From: Lobosporangium transversale
Lineage: Eukaryota
NCBI RefSeq assembly: GCF_002105155.1
Contig: NW_019029014.1
Coordinates: 434,001 to 458,517 of the forward strand
Length of the DNA: 24,517 bases
Direction of reading: 5' to 3'
Both the position numbers and the translations under genes were made by a program. The notes under the pieces were generated by a model, which made no database searches, was not told the origin of the DNA, and saw only the letters and a program-made list of their open reading frames with translations. Positions 10,712-22,929 of the stretch are shown here, in pieces. How positions within the stretch are numbered: position 1 is the stretch's first letter; each line of letters starts with the position of its first letter.

Positions 10712-11540
10712 TATATATCCTTAGCATCTATCCCGTGTTACATATTTCTAACGCTATTAAAGATAAAGGTTACACAAGACAGGGTTTAATCGATGCACAC
10801 AACATGGGTCAAAATGTTAATTCTTGACAGGCGTTCCGTGAGGACTAGTAAACTAAAAATTAACTTTTAGCTCGACCGCTGGCTGATCTCGTCCTACATC
10901 TTTCATTCTTTTTCGACAACAAAGAACAAGCATGAGCCTTGGTGGTCATGGATGGGACAGGAAAGGGGCAGGGGCACTGACGCGGCAAATGGATGAAAGG
11001 CTTCATTTGTCATCTTTTATTGATGAACATATATCTTCTAGGGAGGATTTAACGTGGATACATTCTATCTATGTTGCTCGTAAACAGACGTGCAGTTATG
11101 CTTTGATAAATACAATAAAAACTTCAGTAAAATACCTATGGACGTAGCGTGCGAATCCACATCTTATTCTCACTTGCTTTCCTACCTGTTTACTTGTCTA
11201 TTTAATACTTTTCCTCCTGCACACTCGCTCTGGTGAATATTCCATCTGCTATATCCAATGCTCATAATATCACCCTATCTTATCAGAAGATTGAAGTCTC
11301 AAGAAGCTTATTTGGTTTTCTTTTAGGTCCTTAAATCATGGACCATCATTTCAAAGAATCATACGAGCATTTATACAACACACATATATAATATATATAT
11401 ATGTGCATGTGTATATATATTTTTATTATATGCAATTAGATATATATAAGTATTTGCGGAGGTTGTATGTTTCGTTGTTGTACAGGGATGGGGACGAGCC
11501 CTTTGAGAGGCATCAAATATCTCGCGACAGACTACACTAT

Positions 11541-13519
11541 TCATTCACGACTAGTGAACTTCAGACCAGTATCAATAGGTTCGCCAATATGGGTGCAAAG
11601 AGCCATCTTTGTCTTGGAGGGGTCCTGGATTTCAATCTTGGAGTATTTGGAGACCATCAATGCTCCAACAGCCTTCAACTGCTCCACAACAATGAACCGG
11701 CCTGGACAAGCGTGCCTGTTAAAATTGGAAGGTCCATTTAATCATTTTTAGACTCTCTCAAGGTAAAATGAGTAAATAAATAAATAATGCAAGAGGAGTT
11801 ATATATCTTACCTTCCCATGCCAAAGGGTAGATAGTCCATTCCAACTTTAGTCGCAGCTTTGTTCTTGCCTACGAACCGCCATGGTCTAAACTCTGTCAC
11901 ATCCTCACCATTTTCAGAACTCTGATGAGCAGGTCTGGTGTTGATAATAACAGTAGAGCCCTTGGAGATCATAATACCGCTTGAAAGAGTAACATCTTCG
12001 AGCGCAAGGTGCATTATCCCCAGACGTTCAGTACGGAACCTGAAGACCTCTCGTACAAATGAGTCCATATAGATCATCTTCTTGATTGCAGCTGCAGTCA
12101 AGTCTCTGTCATGTGCTGGATCCAAGTCATCGCCAATAGGCTTTCCTTCCCTCGAACGCTCTTGACGTGCCTGTTCTCGTTCCGCCTGAATAGTATCAAG
12201 GACCTGCTGTTGTTCTTGAAATAACCTGTCCATGTACTGTGGGAATGCCGCCAGATAGTAGAGCATATTGGTGGAGGCATCCGTAATCGTATGGACGATT
12301 GCGCCAGAAATGATAAGGGCAAAAGCGCAGATGTCTTCGAGATCTACGAGCCCATGCTTGTCAAAGTCATCGAACATATGCTGAAGAACATCATCAGGTT
12401 GTTCGAATTCGATCCCAGCCTCATTCGCTAGAGCTTCTAGCCGACGGCGTTCAAGAATCACAGACATAGAGGCTTCGGCTAGGATCTGAGCATGGTTTCG
12501 AAGCGGATGAAATAGTTTATAGTTGGCCCGCTGGATAAAGGTACGCCATTTTGAGGCTCGAACACCACCATTGCCAAATGTCTTTCCGAAATCTTTAGAA
12601 GCGGAGATAAACGTGTCAATGATCTTACGGCTCTTGGCAATCTCAGGGCCGACAAAGACAAGTGCAGCTGAGTTTGGGAAAAAAATAAGTATAAGCCATG
12701 TTGGTCATTGATGCGCCCAATAGATGAAATGGAAGACAGAAAATTGCGGTTGCTCAATAAAGCATACTTGCGTTAGCAATTATCTTCTGAAACACGAGAA
12801 GAGGCTTTTCCACTAGCTTGGCTCCTCTCTGAGCAGGGCAGTAGCCTAGTTCTTGATCAATGACTTTTTCCATCTGTGCTACGATCTTTGGGATATAAGT
12901 GGGGATAAAGCGAGTGATCATATCACGAATGAGGGCAGGAATGGTCCTGTTGTTATAGTTATTGTTACTCTTCCGACCCGTATCAAAGTATGAGCGCATG
13001 CATGTAAGCTCCTCAAGCGCATCATTCGCAGAGAAGCTCTCATTAGTGAAAACTTCACGGGCTTGAGGGCCAGAGATGACAGTGAGGGCCATGTTGAGGA
13101 GATATACGTTAAACACTGGGCCATATTCTTTTTCACAGCGCTCGAGGAATGCGTCTGGATCCTCATTGTACTCATCATCATGTGAAGAGTCGCCTGGTCT
13201 GAGAGAGGCTATAGGGATTCTCTACAAAAAAAAAAAAGAGATTAATATAGTAGCGTAGGAGCGATATACATATATATAAATATATATGTCTCTGAAGGTA
13301 TGAGGGCGAAACAAATGAGACCCGAGACCTCTGAGATGTGCCTATTTCTATTCCAACATAATTGTTTCTCCGATTCACCTTATCTGTACTGAACTCTGGG
13401 CTCAAGGCGATTTTCGCAGCCATAAATGTTGCAGAGGCAAGTCCAATGCCAAAAGGGATGGCAGCCTTCATAGCCCCGATGACCATACCATTTGTGGAGC
13501 TGGATAGAAGTGTAAGCAT
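11541..13519 (-). CDS. Cytochrome P450, copy 2 (tandem paralogue); join complement(11541..11715,11812..12667,12768..13221,13379..13519), 541 aa
   Basis: Same four-exon structure as copy 1 (141/454/856/175 nt versus 141/448/856/175 nt). I-helix 'SGAIVHTITD', ExxR, FRPWRF and heme motif FGMGRHACPG; frame is open. Confidence 0.93.
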
Positions 13520-13630
13520 TTGTAAGGAAATACGTTGTTAGATGTGTGTGGTACAAGGCTTATAATCAGCACCGTGTTCTTATTTCTGTTAAAGGAACCA
13601 AGAAAAGAAGAGTACTGAAATTATGAAAGC

Positions 13631-13641
13631 AGTATTTATAG
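13631..13641 (-). promoter_or_regulatory. TATA box of P450 copy 2
   Basis: CTATAAATACT on the minus strand about 115 bp upstream of the ATG; homologous to 8130-8140. Confidence 0.55.
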
Positions 13642-14420
13642 TTTTAATCCATCTTATTTGGAAATCTGGAAGTGATATCATTTATGGACCTGTTACTGAG
13701 AAATCGATAAAGCCTATATACATGGGTGCTTCATAACTTTATCTGGAAAACCCGATTTTATAACGATAGTTATGCTTGATCTATTCATGACCACTACCAA
13801 AAAAAAAAAAAAAAAAAAAAAAAAGTGACGCTTACAATAGTCAGAAACCTGGCTATGGGCATTGGAGGCCGATCGACTTCTTTGCAAAAGCTTCGCTACA
13901 TCGTGGAGCAGCAATGATTGGCTGATTGTGAAACCAAGCCGTAAGTGATGGTTTTCCCATGACATTAATAACAAAAAAAAAAAAAAAAAAAAACTTGAGG
14001 CGAACGTCGTTAATCCACCACGGTCGATTTTTTGGCCACTAAATCTTAAAATAAAAAAAGTCACTGTCCTCGTTAATAAATATATATGGCTTGGGAGCCA
14101 TTTAGTAGCGACTTTTTATAATCTTGTATCATGCATTAACAGCCAATGTGCGTTTGAGGGTCATATGGACGAGCTCGGATCCATTCAGTCATGAGATCGA
14201 GATCGGGAGCACTCTGGCCCCAATCGCAAGTTTTACCTCGCTAGGACAGCTGATACGAGGAAAAAAAAAAAAAAAATCTCTAGCATCAACTAAATACAGT
14301 AGGATAATAGATTATGGTACTTTGAACTACAGTAATGTCTCTAAGGGCGACGTTTTATCTCCCTTGGAGAAGCTTATCTTACTCAAAAGTATATATGAAT
14401 CTCTTTAATTTGAACGTGTA

Positions 14421-15417
14421 ATATGCACTAATACGCAAAACTAATGAGTGTTTACTTTTACTTTTACTTTAATATCCTGACGAGAACTTATCACATCGCC
14501 ATGGATGTTGGCTGCATGGTATCCCTTGATCTTGGTGGAAGAATTGCTAGCTTAGGAAAATATGATCTATCACCGCGTATCACCGTTATTGTGATATTAG
14601 TAAGAAAAATTATGCTTAGTCATTTACTTAGTTCTAGAGGTAAAAATCGGAAAAATCGACCCTTTGCTTTCTATTAGCCCTGATCCGCTTGTATCAAAAC
14701 CCATGCTCCGATGTTCCGATCCATGTATTTTAGAGCAAGCTTTCTGGAAAAATCTTATTTTTGGATTTATTCCCCATTTGGCATACCAACCAACAATATC
14801 CTACTGTACTTGGAAAAGGTACTGTAGTTCAAACTTCGAGCTACTGAATCCTATGACCTTAAGCAACAACGCCGAATAACAAAGCGACAAATGCAAATAC
14901 CTGATTTGTTATGCTACCATAGTCAATTTGATAGGAGCGACATCTCTTAACTTGATATTGGCTACAGATGGAAAGTTGATGACCTGAAATTTAAGTATAT
15001 AGTCCAGCTGATGCTTATATCATAAAGTTGGAGCGCTGCTGTCGATATCCAATGTTAAATCCAAAAAACACCATATGATTTTTAGTGATTGCTACGCTTC
15101 GTAGCTGCCATTAAGGAGAAAGCTTGCTCTAAAATACATGTATTGGAACATCGGAGAATGGGTTTTGATACAAGCGGATCAGGGCTAATAGAAAGCAAAG
15201 GGTCGATTTCTCCGATTTTTACCTCTAAAACTAAATGACTAAGCATAATTTTTCTTACCAATATCACAATAACGGTGATACACGGTGATACACGGCGATA
15301 GATCATATTTTCCTAAGTTAGCGATTCTTCCACCCATGGCGATATGACAAGTTCCCGTCAGGATATTAAAGTAAAAGTAAAAGTAACATTCACTCGGTTT
15401 TGGGTGTAAGTGTATGT
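14421..15417. mobile_element. Degenerate long inverted-repeat (foldback/MITE-like non-autonomous) element
   Basis: Core arms about 14451-14745 and 15117-15386 are reverse complements at roughly 90% identity with a few indels. Weaker similarity extends outward (to about 14421/15417) and inward (tttttggattta / taaatccaaaaa). No TSD or transposase recognised. Confidence 0.7.
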
Positions 15418-15970
15418 TCCTGTCATGCCATTACAATCTTTGCCTTCGTCGCATAATTGGAGCTTCCTAGAAAGGAGCATCTATAAGAGATTCCTGTTGA
15501 GCTTCACGGCCACGCTGCTCGCGAGAGCAATTCGCTAAGAAACCTTTTTCATTGCCGATAACAAGGATAACAAGTTCAGATCATGAAAGCGATGGGGGAT
15601 AGTGAGGACACTTTGGGAATAGATTAAAATCAAAAGAAAAGCAGCCTTGTTTATTTTCAAGGAACTCTCGAGGGCTCCCTAGGAGCTACTGAGGATCCAG
15701 ACAGTATAGCCCATGGTTCTGAGCTTAAAGTCCGCTTCGCCAATGCGCTGACTAGCATGAAGGTGTGTGTTGAACGTATACATGTGGTATTAGAATAAAT
15801 TCAAATTAGCAAGGTTCAAATGTATTTTTTTGACTTGGATAAACTCTTTGCTTCTCAAAGGGGCTATACAAAGAAATCAAGAAACATATGTCTAATATAA
15901 GACATGTGCTGGTCAGCATTATAATGCAGAAAGATAAGTATCAATGATGTATAAAAGAATTACAACGAAA

Positions 15971-16010
15971 GAAGAGAAGAAGAGAAGAAGAGAAGAAGAG
16001 AAGAAGAGAA
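15971..16010 (+). repeat. Tandem repeat (GAAGAGAA)x5
   Basis: Read directly from the sequence. Confidence 0.85.
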
Positions 16011-16760
16011 AAGTTGAAGTAAATAAAACATCATCCTAAATCAAGTAATTTTCTTTTTCCACTGCTACAGCGATATACATGTGTATTCCCATGAATACAG
16101 TGGATGATAAACAGATCCCGATAACTGTAAAGCGACTTGGTCTCGGTACTTTTGGCTACTAGAAAAAAAAAAAAAAAAAAAAAAAGAAAAAAATACAAGG
16201 ATGCATTTAAGAGGAGAGCTTCTTGAGTCAATCCCTACCGTAGCAGCGAGAGTAATGACAAACTCTTTAAAGTAACTGCGCTTGGATAGCGAATGGTCTT
16301 CCAGATTTTGAGACCCCACACGTTCCAGGGAGAATTCCGAGAGGTAAGTTGGATACTCCATTGGAAAAGAAGAATAAGACATTAGGATATAGTAAGCCAA
16401 TGGATTAAAGCACTCAAGGATTCAGAGAGTGAAAACAAGGATTCACATTAGTGTAGATTGCAGGCGTAAAGGCGTAAAGGCACAAATGCGGCACAAATGC
16501 GGCCCACATCCTTTCTACTTTTTTTTTTTTTTTTTTATAGCGCATCCGAAGAACGACCAATTGAGATATTAAAATAAAGATAATAAAGATGGCTACGATT
16601 TTTATGCTGTTTATTTGAGATGTTTATTTTCCCCTATCAATAATATAAATATTAAATGAATAGAAACAGAAGTTTGGGAAGGGAAAGAGAAGCCAACAGT
16701 GTCAAGACTTTTTTTTTTTTTTTTTTTTTTTTGCCAAGGCTGTTCTTTTTAGTCTGGCTA

Positions 16761-18737
16761 TCATGACGACGATGACTCGGGCTGTACATATTCTGATTTT
16801 GATCCGAACCCAGAACTCTCTCCTCCTTGACTGGAAGAAGGAGAAGTAGGAGAAGACACAAACATCTGAGGGACAGAGGCACTATGCTTGAGCATACTCT
16901 GTCCTACAGGGACCGTCAACGCTGCCACACGCTCAGCTCCTGATTGTAATATCAAAGAATGCCGGACAGAGGCCGACTTGGTCAAGGCAGCAGGATCGAA
17001 AACAGGTCCATTCTTATTGCTGTTACTGATATGAGATGGCAGCGGAAGTGGTTGTGAGCGTAGTACGATGGGTGAATCCGCTCCGCTTTCATTATTAAGC
17101 CCTACAGGATCGTGGATAAGTGAGTTGAGCGAGAGTGAAGGTCCTAGCATGACCACAGAATGTCTTGCTGAGGCCGATGATGGTGATGGTGACGGCTGTG
17201 GTGGGAGAGATACAGCAATCATGGGAGTCATCGGCATAGTAGAGTTAAAAGGGGAGGAAGATGCTGGAGGTGGAGGAGCAGGTCTGGAACCAAGTTGTTG
17301 CATAGACGCGCTTTTGTGTAATGCGCTGTTAGTTGCCTGGTAATGATCATTCTGTCCATAATGATTACCGGCGCTAATGCGATTGCTGTTGCTGCTACCA
17401 GCCTGAGATCCATACTCGCGGGACAAGGCACTGTGAGACCGCGATATCCTTGGGTCGTGTCTTCCAGGCCCAGGCCCAGGTCGAAGTCTAGCTCCAGCTG
17501 CTGCTCTTGCAGTCTCGTCTGTTCTGATTTCGGGGATAGTTGCTGTGGCTGAGGGCGATCCCGTTCTGGTGTTCATCTCAATGGCCACACCTTCGGAACC
17601 GCTGTTGCCACTGGCGTTGTTTCTAAATGGATTCAAAAGCGAATTGTTGCTGACATGGCTCTGGTTGGATTGAGAGTAAGGTGGGAATCGAGGGGAAGGT
17701 AAAGGCGAAGGGGTGTTTGAGATCATTCCACTATCGTCCTGGCTCTGAAATATCATGGAGGATCTACCACCAGGACCACCATGGCTGCCATTGGTTGTTG
17801 GGCCTAATGCGGGCGATGGTGTATAGTGTGCTCCTGTGAATTTTTGTGGATTTTGATTGATCGCACGGACGGAATCTCTGCTCATGAACGAATCACTTCC
17901 TTCTTGATCCATTCCATTTAACCTGATATCATCTCCATGAAGTTCCGTAGCTTTGCCGGCTTTATTATTGATATTGCTATTGTTATTATTCTGCTTTTCA
18001 TCCGAGCTTGGTTTGGATCCATTTCCTCCTTCTTTACCATTACCACCACTACCGGCTGCCCACTTGAAGGTTTGTTTTGTCCAACCTGTTGTTGTCCTGA
18101 CAATACAGCCAACCAATGCCACAGCCACCACAGCAGCTACAGCCAACATAATGATCAATACTGGATCCAATCCTTTCTTTTGTGTACCGAATGGATCGTC
18201 TCCCAATGTGATGACAGGGGTTGAGCTGTCCAAGGGCGGTAAAGGTTTTCGATTCGAAGTAATGTGTGTACACACATGTCGATTCAGATCACAGCGTCCT
18301 GCATAACAAGGGACTGTTTCTGAACAATAATTCAAAAGGCAGCTTGGTTGTTGATTCTGATCCATCACACCATATTCATAATCTCGACAACTAGCAAATT
18401 CTCGTTTTGTATCAAAATGACAACCTAATGTGTACATCCTCACGGGTGGTGGTGTTAATGTGATATAATGAGCTCCTCCTTCCTTCCCTTTCCCCTCCGC
18501 CTCTCCATCCTCGTTGTCGTCTTCTGCACGAGTATTGGATGATGAGCATTGACAGATTCGATCGACACATGGGATATTGGATGGACAAGGATTATCATCA
18601 GAACAGAATAAGAAGTCCTTGACACAGAATTGGTTGTCGTAAATCGATTGTGAAGGGTCACAATTGAGGGTTGAGTTTGGTTTGTCGGATGGTTCGTTGT
18701 CGGTATTATCGAGTAATGGAAGCGTAAGTTTGACCAT
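16761..18737 (-). CDS. Uncharacterised single-pass membrane protein: Cys-rich N-terminal domain, one TM helix, long S/P-rich disordered tail (658 aa)
   Basis: 1977-nt ORF; 14 Cys within the first ~156 aa; hydrophobic 'VLIIMLAVAAVVAVALVGCIV' followed by basic residues; low-complexity C-terminus. Confidence 0.85.
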   Translation of the reverse strand: MVKLTLPLLDNTDNEPSDKPNSTLNCDPSQSIYDNQFCVKDFLFCSDDNPCPSNIPCVDRICQCSSSNTRAEDDNEDGEAEGKGKEGGAHYITLTPPPVRMYTLGCHFDTKREFASCRDYEYGVMDQNQQPSCLLNYCSETVPCYAGRCDLNRHVCTHITSNRKPLPPLDSSTPVITLGDDPFGTQKKGLDPVLIIMLAVAAVVAVALVGCIVRTTTGWTKQTFKWAAGSGGNGKEGGNGSKPSSDEKQNNNNSNINNKAGKATELHGDDIRLNGMDQEGSDSFMSRDSVRAINQNPQKFTGAHYTPSPALGPTTNGSHGGPGGRSSMIFQSQDDSGMISNTPSPLPSPRFPPYSQSNQSHVSNNSLLNPFRNNASGNSGSEGVAIEMNTRTGSPSATATIPEIRTDETARAAAGARLRPGPGPGRHDPRISRSHSALSREYGSQAGSSNSNRISAGNHYGQNDHYQATNSALHKSASMQQLGSRPAPPPPASSSPFNSTMPMTPMIAVSLPPQPSPSPSSASARHSVVMLGPSLSLNSLIHDPVGLNNESGADSPIVLRSQPLPLPSHISNSNKNGPVFDPAALTKSASVRHSLILQSGAERVAALTVPVGQSMLKHSASVPQMFVSSPTSPSSSQGGESSGFGSKSEYVQPESSSS

Positions 18738-19443
18738 GATTGAGAAAAAGGATTTTAAATGGGGTGGGGGGGGGGCGAAGATGAGAAGGGAAAGAAAGGG
18801 AGAGAGAGGAAAGTGGATGGTTTTTATGCAAAGTGAAAAAAAAAAAAAAAAAAAAAAAGTGTGAGTAGAAAAGAAAAGAAAAGAAAAAAGATATTAGGTG
18901 GAAAGTGTGTCTATCTGTTGACTGAAGAGAAAAGAAAGAAAGGGGAGGAACATAAATATGGTGTCTGAATGAAAAAAAGAAAAAAAAATCCGGTGCCCTG
19001 ATGCTCTGACACCTTTTTTTTTTTTTTCTTTTGTGTTACCAGAATTAAGGTAAAAGCTGAGAATAAATAATCGACAAAAAAGGGGAGGAGGAGAAAGGAA
19101 GGAAGGAAGGAAGGAGAGAAGGAAGTGAGAGGAAGTGAGAGAGAGGGTCGAGCTGTTAGGGAGAAGGATGATGATGGGGTCGATGATGAGGATGTGGTTG
19201 TTCGATTGTTCAGTATCTGGTCAGAGCGTTCAATGTTTATTTCTTTTCAAACATGTTTGAAATGAAAAACACGTTATATAATATATTTTATAATATTGTT
19301 ATTACTGTATAATTATTATTATTTCTTTTCGATTACTTTGCTTGACCAACAGAAGCGATGAAGAAAATAGAAAATAGAAAGAAAAAGAAAAAAAAAAAAA
19401 AAAAAAAGCGATAGAGTGGTTGAAGAATAAAGAAAAGAAGAAG

Positions 19444-19475
<32 letters not shown>

Positions 19476-20446
19476 AAGAGAAGAAGGCAACAGAGTTGGA
19501 TGTGGTATATACTTTCTGCAATGAGGATTTGGCGTTAAATATCCCGTTCGAGCGGACTGAGTCTATAATTATCGACAGAAATATGACAGTGTCTATAAAA
19601 ATATATTCATCTGGTTGATATAATGGAGAGGTGCAGAAAAACGGCGGAAGAAATTGTAATATGAATTTGCATTATTGTTATATATATTAGCAATTTATGG
19701 GGTTTGCACTTTCTTTGTTCCCTACCTCTCCTCCTCCTCCTCCTCCTCCTCTTCCCGATCTTGACTGAAGGAGGCGTCGGCTAGAGATGTAAAAAAGTAT
19801 ATGTTATGCAGTTAGGTCTATCTACATCTTGTAAAAAAAAAAAGAAAGAAAGAAAGAAAAGTGTGAGCGATCTTTGTTATAAAGTTCTTTTTTGAAAAGC
19901 CCATGCCATATTTCCATTCATCCATTGGGTGACATTCATGGCTCTTACTTCTTTTCTTTACTTTTCTTCCTTCTCTCCCCTTTGCTTTTCTTTCAATCCT
20001 TTCCTGTTATTTCCCCTTGCTTACTTGACAATTCGCTTTGACCAATACGGCTCATAACATGATCAAGAACAAAAAAATATATATAAAAAAAATAAATAAT
20101 AACCTATAGAAAGTAAGTTCCAATCATTCTTTTCTTTTTTCTTCTCCCATCAATCATTTTTCCCCATCCTCATTTCCCATTCCCTCCCCCCCCTTTTTTT
20201 TTTCTTCTTTTTGTTTCCAAAATTGACATTCAACAATTCTCTTTGGCAATTCGCAGAATAGGACTTGTAAAAGAAAAAAAATAAAATAAAAAATAATAAA
20301 AAATAAAAGGAATAAAAAGGGTATTTTTATGCAGGATGGTTTTTTTTTTCTTACAAAAATAACTCGGCCACATTTCTTTCATTCCCTTTTTTATTTTAAA
20401 GTTTGAGAGCAATTAAGCGGATCAAAATCTTTTATATCCCCTGGCA

Positions 20447-20452
<6 letters not shown>

Positions 20453-20478
<26 letters not shown>
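20453..20478 (+). repeat. (TC)n microsatellite
   Basis: Read directly from the sequence; about 13 units. Confidence 0.85.
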
Positions 20479-20486
<8 letters not shown>

Positions 20487-20551
20487 TTCTTACTCTCTTC
20501 TCTTCTTCCTCCACATCATGGAAGTAACAGTGTAGAACTGTACATGTAGTC

Positions 20552-20589
<38 letters not shown>

Positions 20590-21043
20590 ACAAAAACAAA
20601 AAGTATGGCTCCTTCAATGGATCAAATATACATGTTCTACATTCATATATATTATATAAATAAACATATTGTAAGGCTCAATCAGGAACCAAGAGGAAAA
20701 ATTCGACTCTGTCACCTTTGCCTGTTCTGTTATCCATTCATTGCCTGCTGCCTGTCAATAGGAAAAAAGGAAAAAGAAAAAAAGGAAAAAAAAAAAAGCC
20801 TTCATCGCTCCATTGGATCTTCTTCCTATGCAATACATCATATGCTGTATATATATCATTCTTTTTTTTTTTTTTTTTTTTTTTTTGTTAGAGTCGTAAT
20901 AAAGTATATAGTTTGTATATATATATTATAATGATTTTTTTTTTTTGTCGACGTTGTTGTTGGCTGCAACTACATTTAACTATGAGTATTTCCAAGATTG
21001 ATGGAAAGGTATTTACTTCATCCTTTTTTTTTTTTTTTTTTTT

Positions 21044-22181
21044 TTATGATCCTCCTCTCAGACTTCCAATAAAGGATTTCCCACCCGAGCCTCCAAATGT
21101 CTTTGCGGCAGCAGATGCAAGAGTGATCCTAGGAGTACTTTGTGCTCTCTTCAATTTCGTAGGGTCAATGATCGTATGAGGGACTATAGGTGTAGTTGTT
21201 GTTGCTGATGACTTTAATTTGGAAGAAAGAGGCAGTGAATTACTTGTTGCTGTTCCTGTCCCTGTACCTGAAGATGTTGGTGGCGTTGACAAAGTTAATC
21301 CATTTCCATTCGTAAATGATGTATGATATGCAGAAGGAGAAGGAGGTGGTAATGCGTGATCGGGATTAACAACAGTAGTCGTTGTTGTTGTTGTGTAGTT
21401 AGTACCATTGTGATGATTATTTCCATTGGTATAATAGTCATTCGACAATGATGTTGAGCCTGAACTAGTCCTAGAGGATAAAGTCGCAGCAGCTGCTGCT
21501 GCTGCTGCCCCTGCAACCCCATTAGTGTAGACATACGATCCACTAGTGATCTTTTGTCCATTAAGCATGGAAGGATCCTGTATTTGAGTCGGACTCCGTG
21601 GACCTCCCGCACCATTGGATGACAACAGATGATGTTGAGTCATTATAGTCGGACTCTGTAATGACGATGATCCAGGGTTGTTGCTATTGCTACTATTATG
21701 ACTACTGTTTCCACCACCGAACAGAGAGCTGAAACCGCTGCCGCCACCATTTTGCTGTTGCTGTTGCTGATGCTGTTGTTGTTGTTGTTGCTTGTGCGCC
21801 AATTGTTGATGAATCAGCTCTTGTTGTTGTGTATGTGGTAGAAGTCCTCCATATTGATCCAAATCTGCAGGAGATAGTCCATTGGACATGTTGCCTCCAT
21901 GACCATTTGTAAAAGAGGCTTGGATAGGACTCTTTAATGTGAAGGGCACTTGCTGCTGTGCCCAATGCATCGGTACAATAGTACTCATGTCAAGATCACG
22001 AGCCTGATAAAACAAAACATATCCTGAGCCTAATTGTGAAGAGTCGCCAAAATATTTGTGGATGTCTGATTCATCAATCGTCTATACAATATAAATTATA
22101 GATAAAGATAAAGATATAGATATAAGAAATGTTGATATTTTAAGCTTTTTTTTTTTTTTTTTTTTTTTCTTTTTCTCTTAA

Positions 22182-22252
<71 letters not shown>

Positions 22253-22881
22253 TACAACACACATACTTCAACATTTTCATCATCAAAGAGAAGCCATCGA
22301 TCCTGATGCTTAACAACAGCGACATAATGACCATGATGAGGTCCACTTCCAACATGGACTACAAATGCATTCAAATCATAGATCCTATCCGGATCCTCCA
22401 TTTCGTCCACCGTGTTAAATAATCGAAGTTCCATTGGAAAAGAGACTCGGTACGATAGCTTTACATATTTTTGAAGTGCTTCCTGGTATTTGAATCGCTT
22501 GAGATGAAGTGATAGGATATTAGGCAACACTTGGATCTTCATCCTATATTATAAATGACAACAAAAGAAAAAGTTTGTAAATCATTCACATTTTTTGAGG
22601 AAAGCTTCTTTTCTTCTTCTTCTTCTTCTTCTTCTTCTTCTTGCTCTGCTCCTCGTTCTTTTCTTTGTACCTCTTTTCAGCTTCCTGCAATCCACAGCAT
22701 TCATCACAATAAAACTTGTCCTTATGGCAGAGCATTTCTGATGCTGAAAACTGTCTCAAGCAACTAGTCACAGAGGAATTCTGTTCAATATCTAATGAAA
22801 GATCCATAAAAGACTCTGCTCTGTTTGTGGTCTAAAAGTTTAAAAAAAAAAAAATAAAAAAAAAAGCATAATTAATACATA

Positions 22882-22929
<48 letters not shown>

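Noticed and set aside
5800..13600. Secondary-metabolite gene cluster around the two P450s
   Set aside because: No backbone enzyme (NRPS, PKS or terpene synthase), transporter or cluster regulator in the window; the neighbours are housekeeping genes.
14444..15306. Similar short ORFs on opposite strands (e.g. 'ITVIVILVRKIMLSHL', 'LSISPDPLVSKP')
   Set aside because: By-products of the inverted repeat; indels between the arms break the frames, so there is no coding constraint.
15430..15800. Moderately GC-rich stretch with a possible exon (TTTTCAAG then ...GTLEGSLGATEDPDS...VVLE*)
   Set aside because: Could be a gene or TE relic, but I could not build a coherent model or recognise a motif; BLASTx is needed.
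16031..16400. Minus-strand ORFs of 111 and 66 aa
   Set aside because: They run through poly(T) tracts giving poly-Phe, have no ATG support, and show no recognisable homology.
16458..16503. Short tandem duplications (aggcgtaa x2, ggcacaaatgc x2)
   Set aside because: Only two units each with no spacers; ordinary slippage, not an array or CRISPR.
19302..20931. Several poly-Phe/poly-Lys ORFs in the long intergenic region
   Set aside because: Translations of homopolymer runs in AT-rich non-coding DNA.
22096..22266. Poly-Val/poly-Leu 'transmembrane' segment in the ORF track
   Set aside because: It is the intronic (GTT)n microsatellite after the GTATGT donor at 22266 and is not part of the USP protein.
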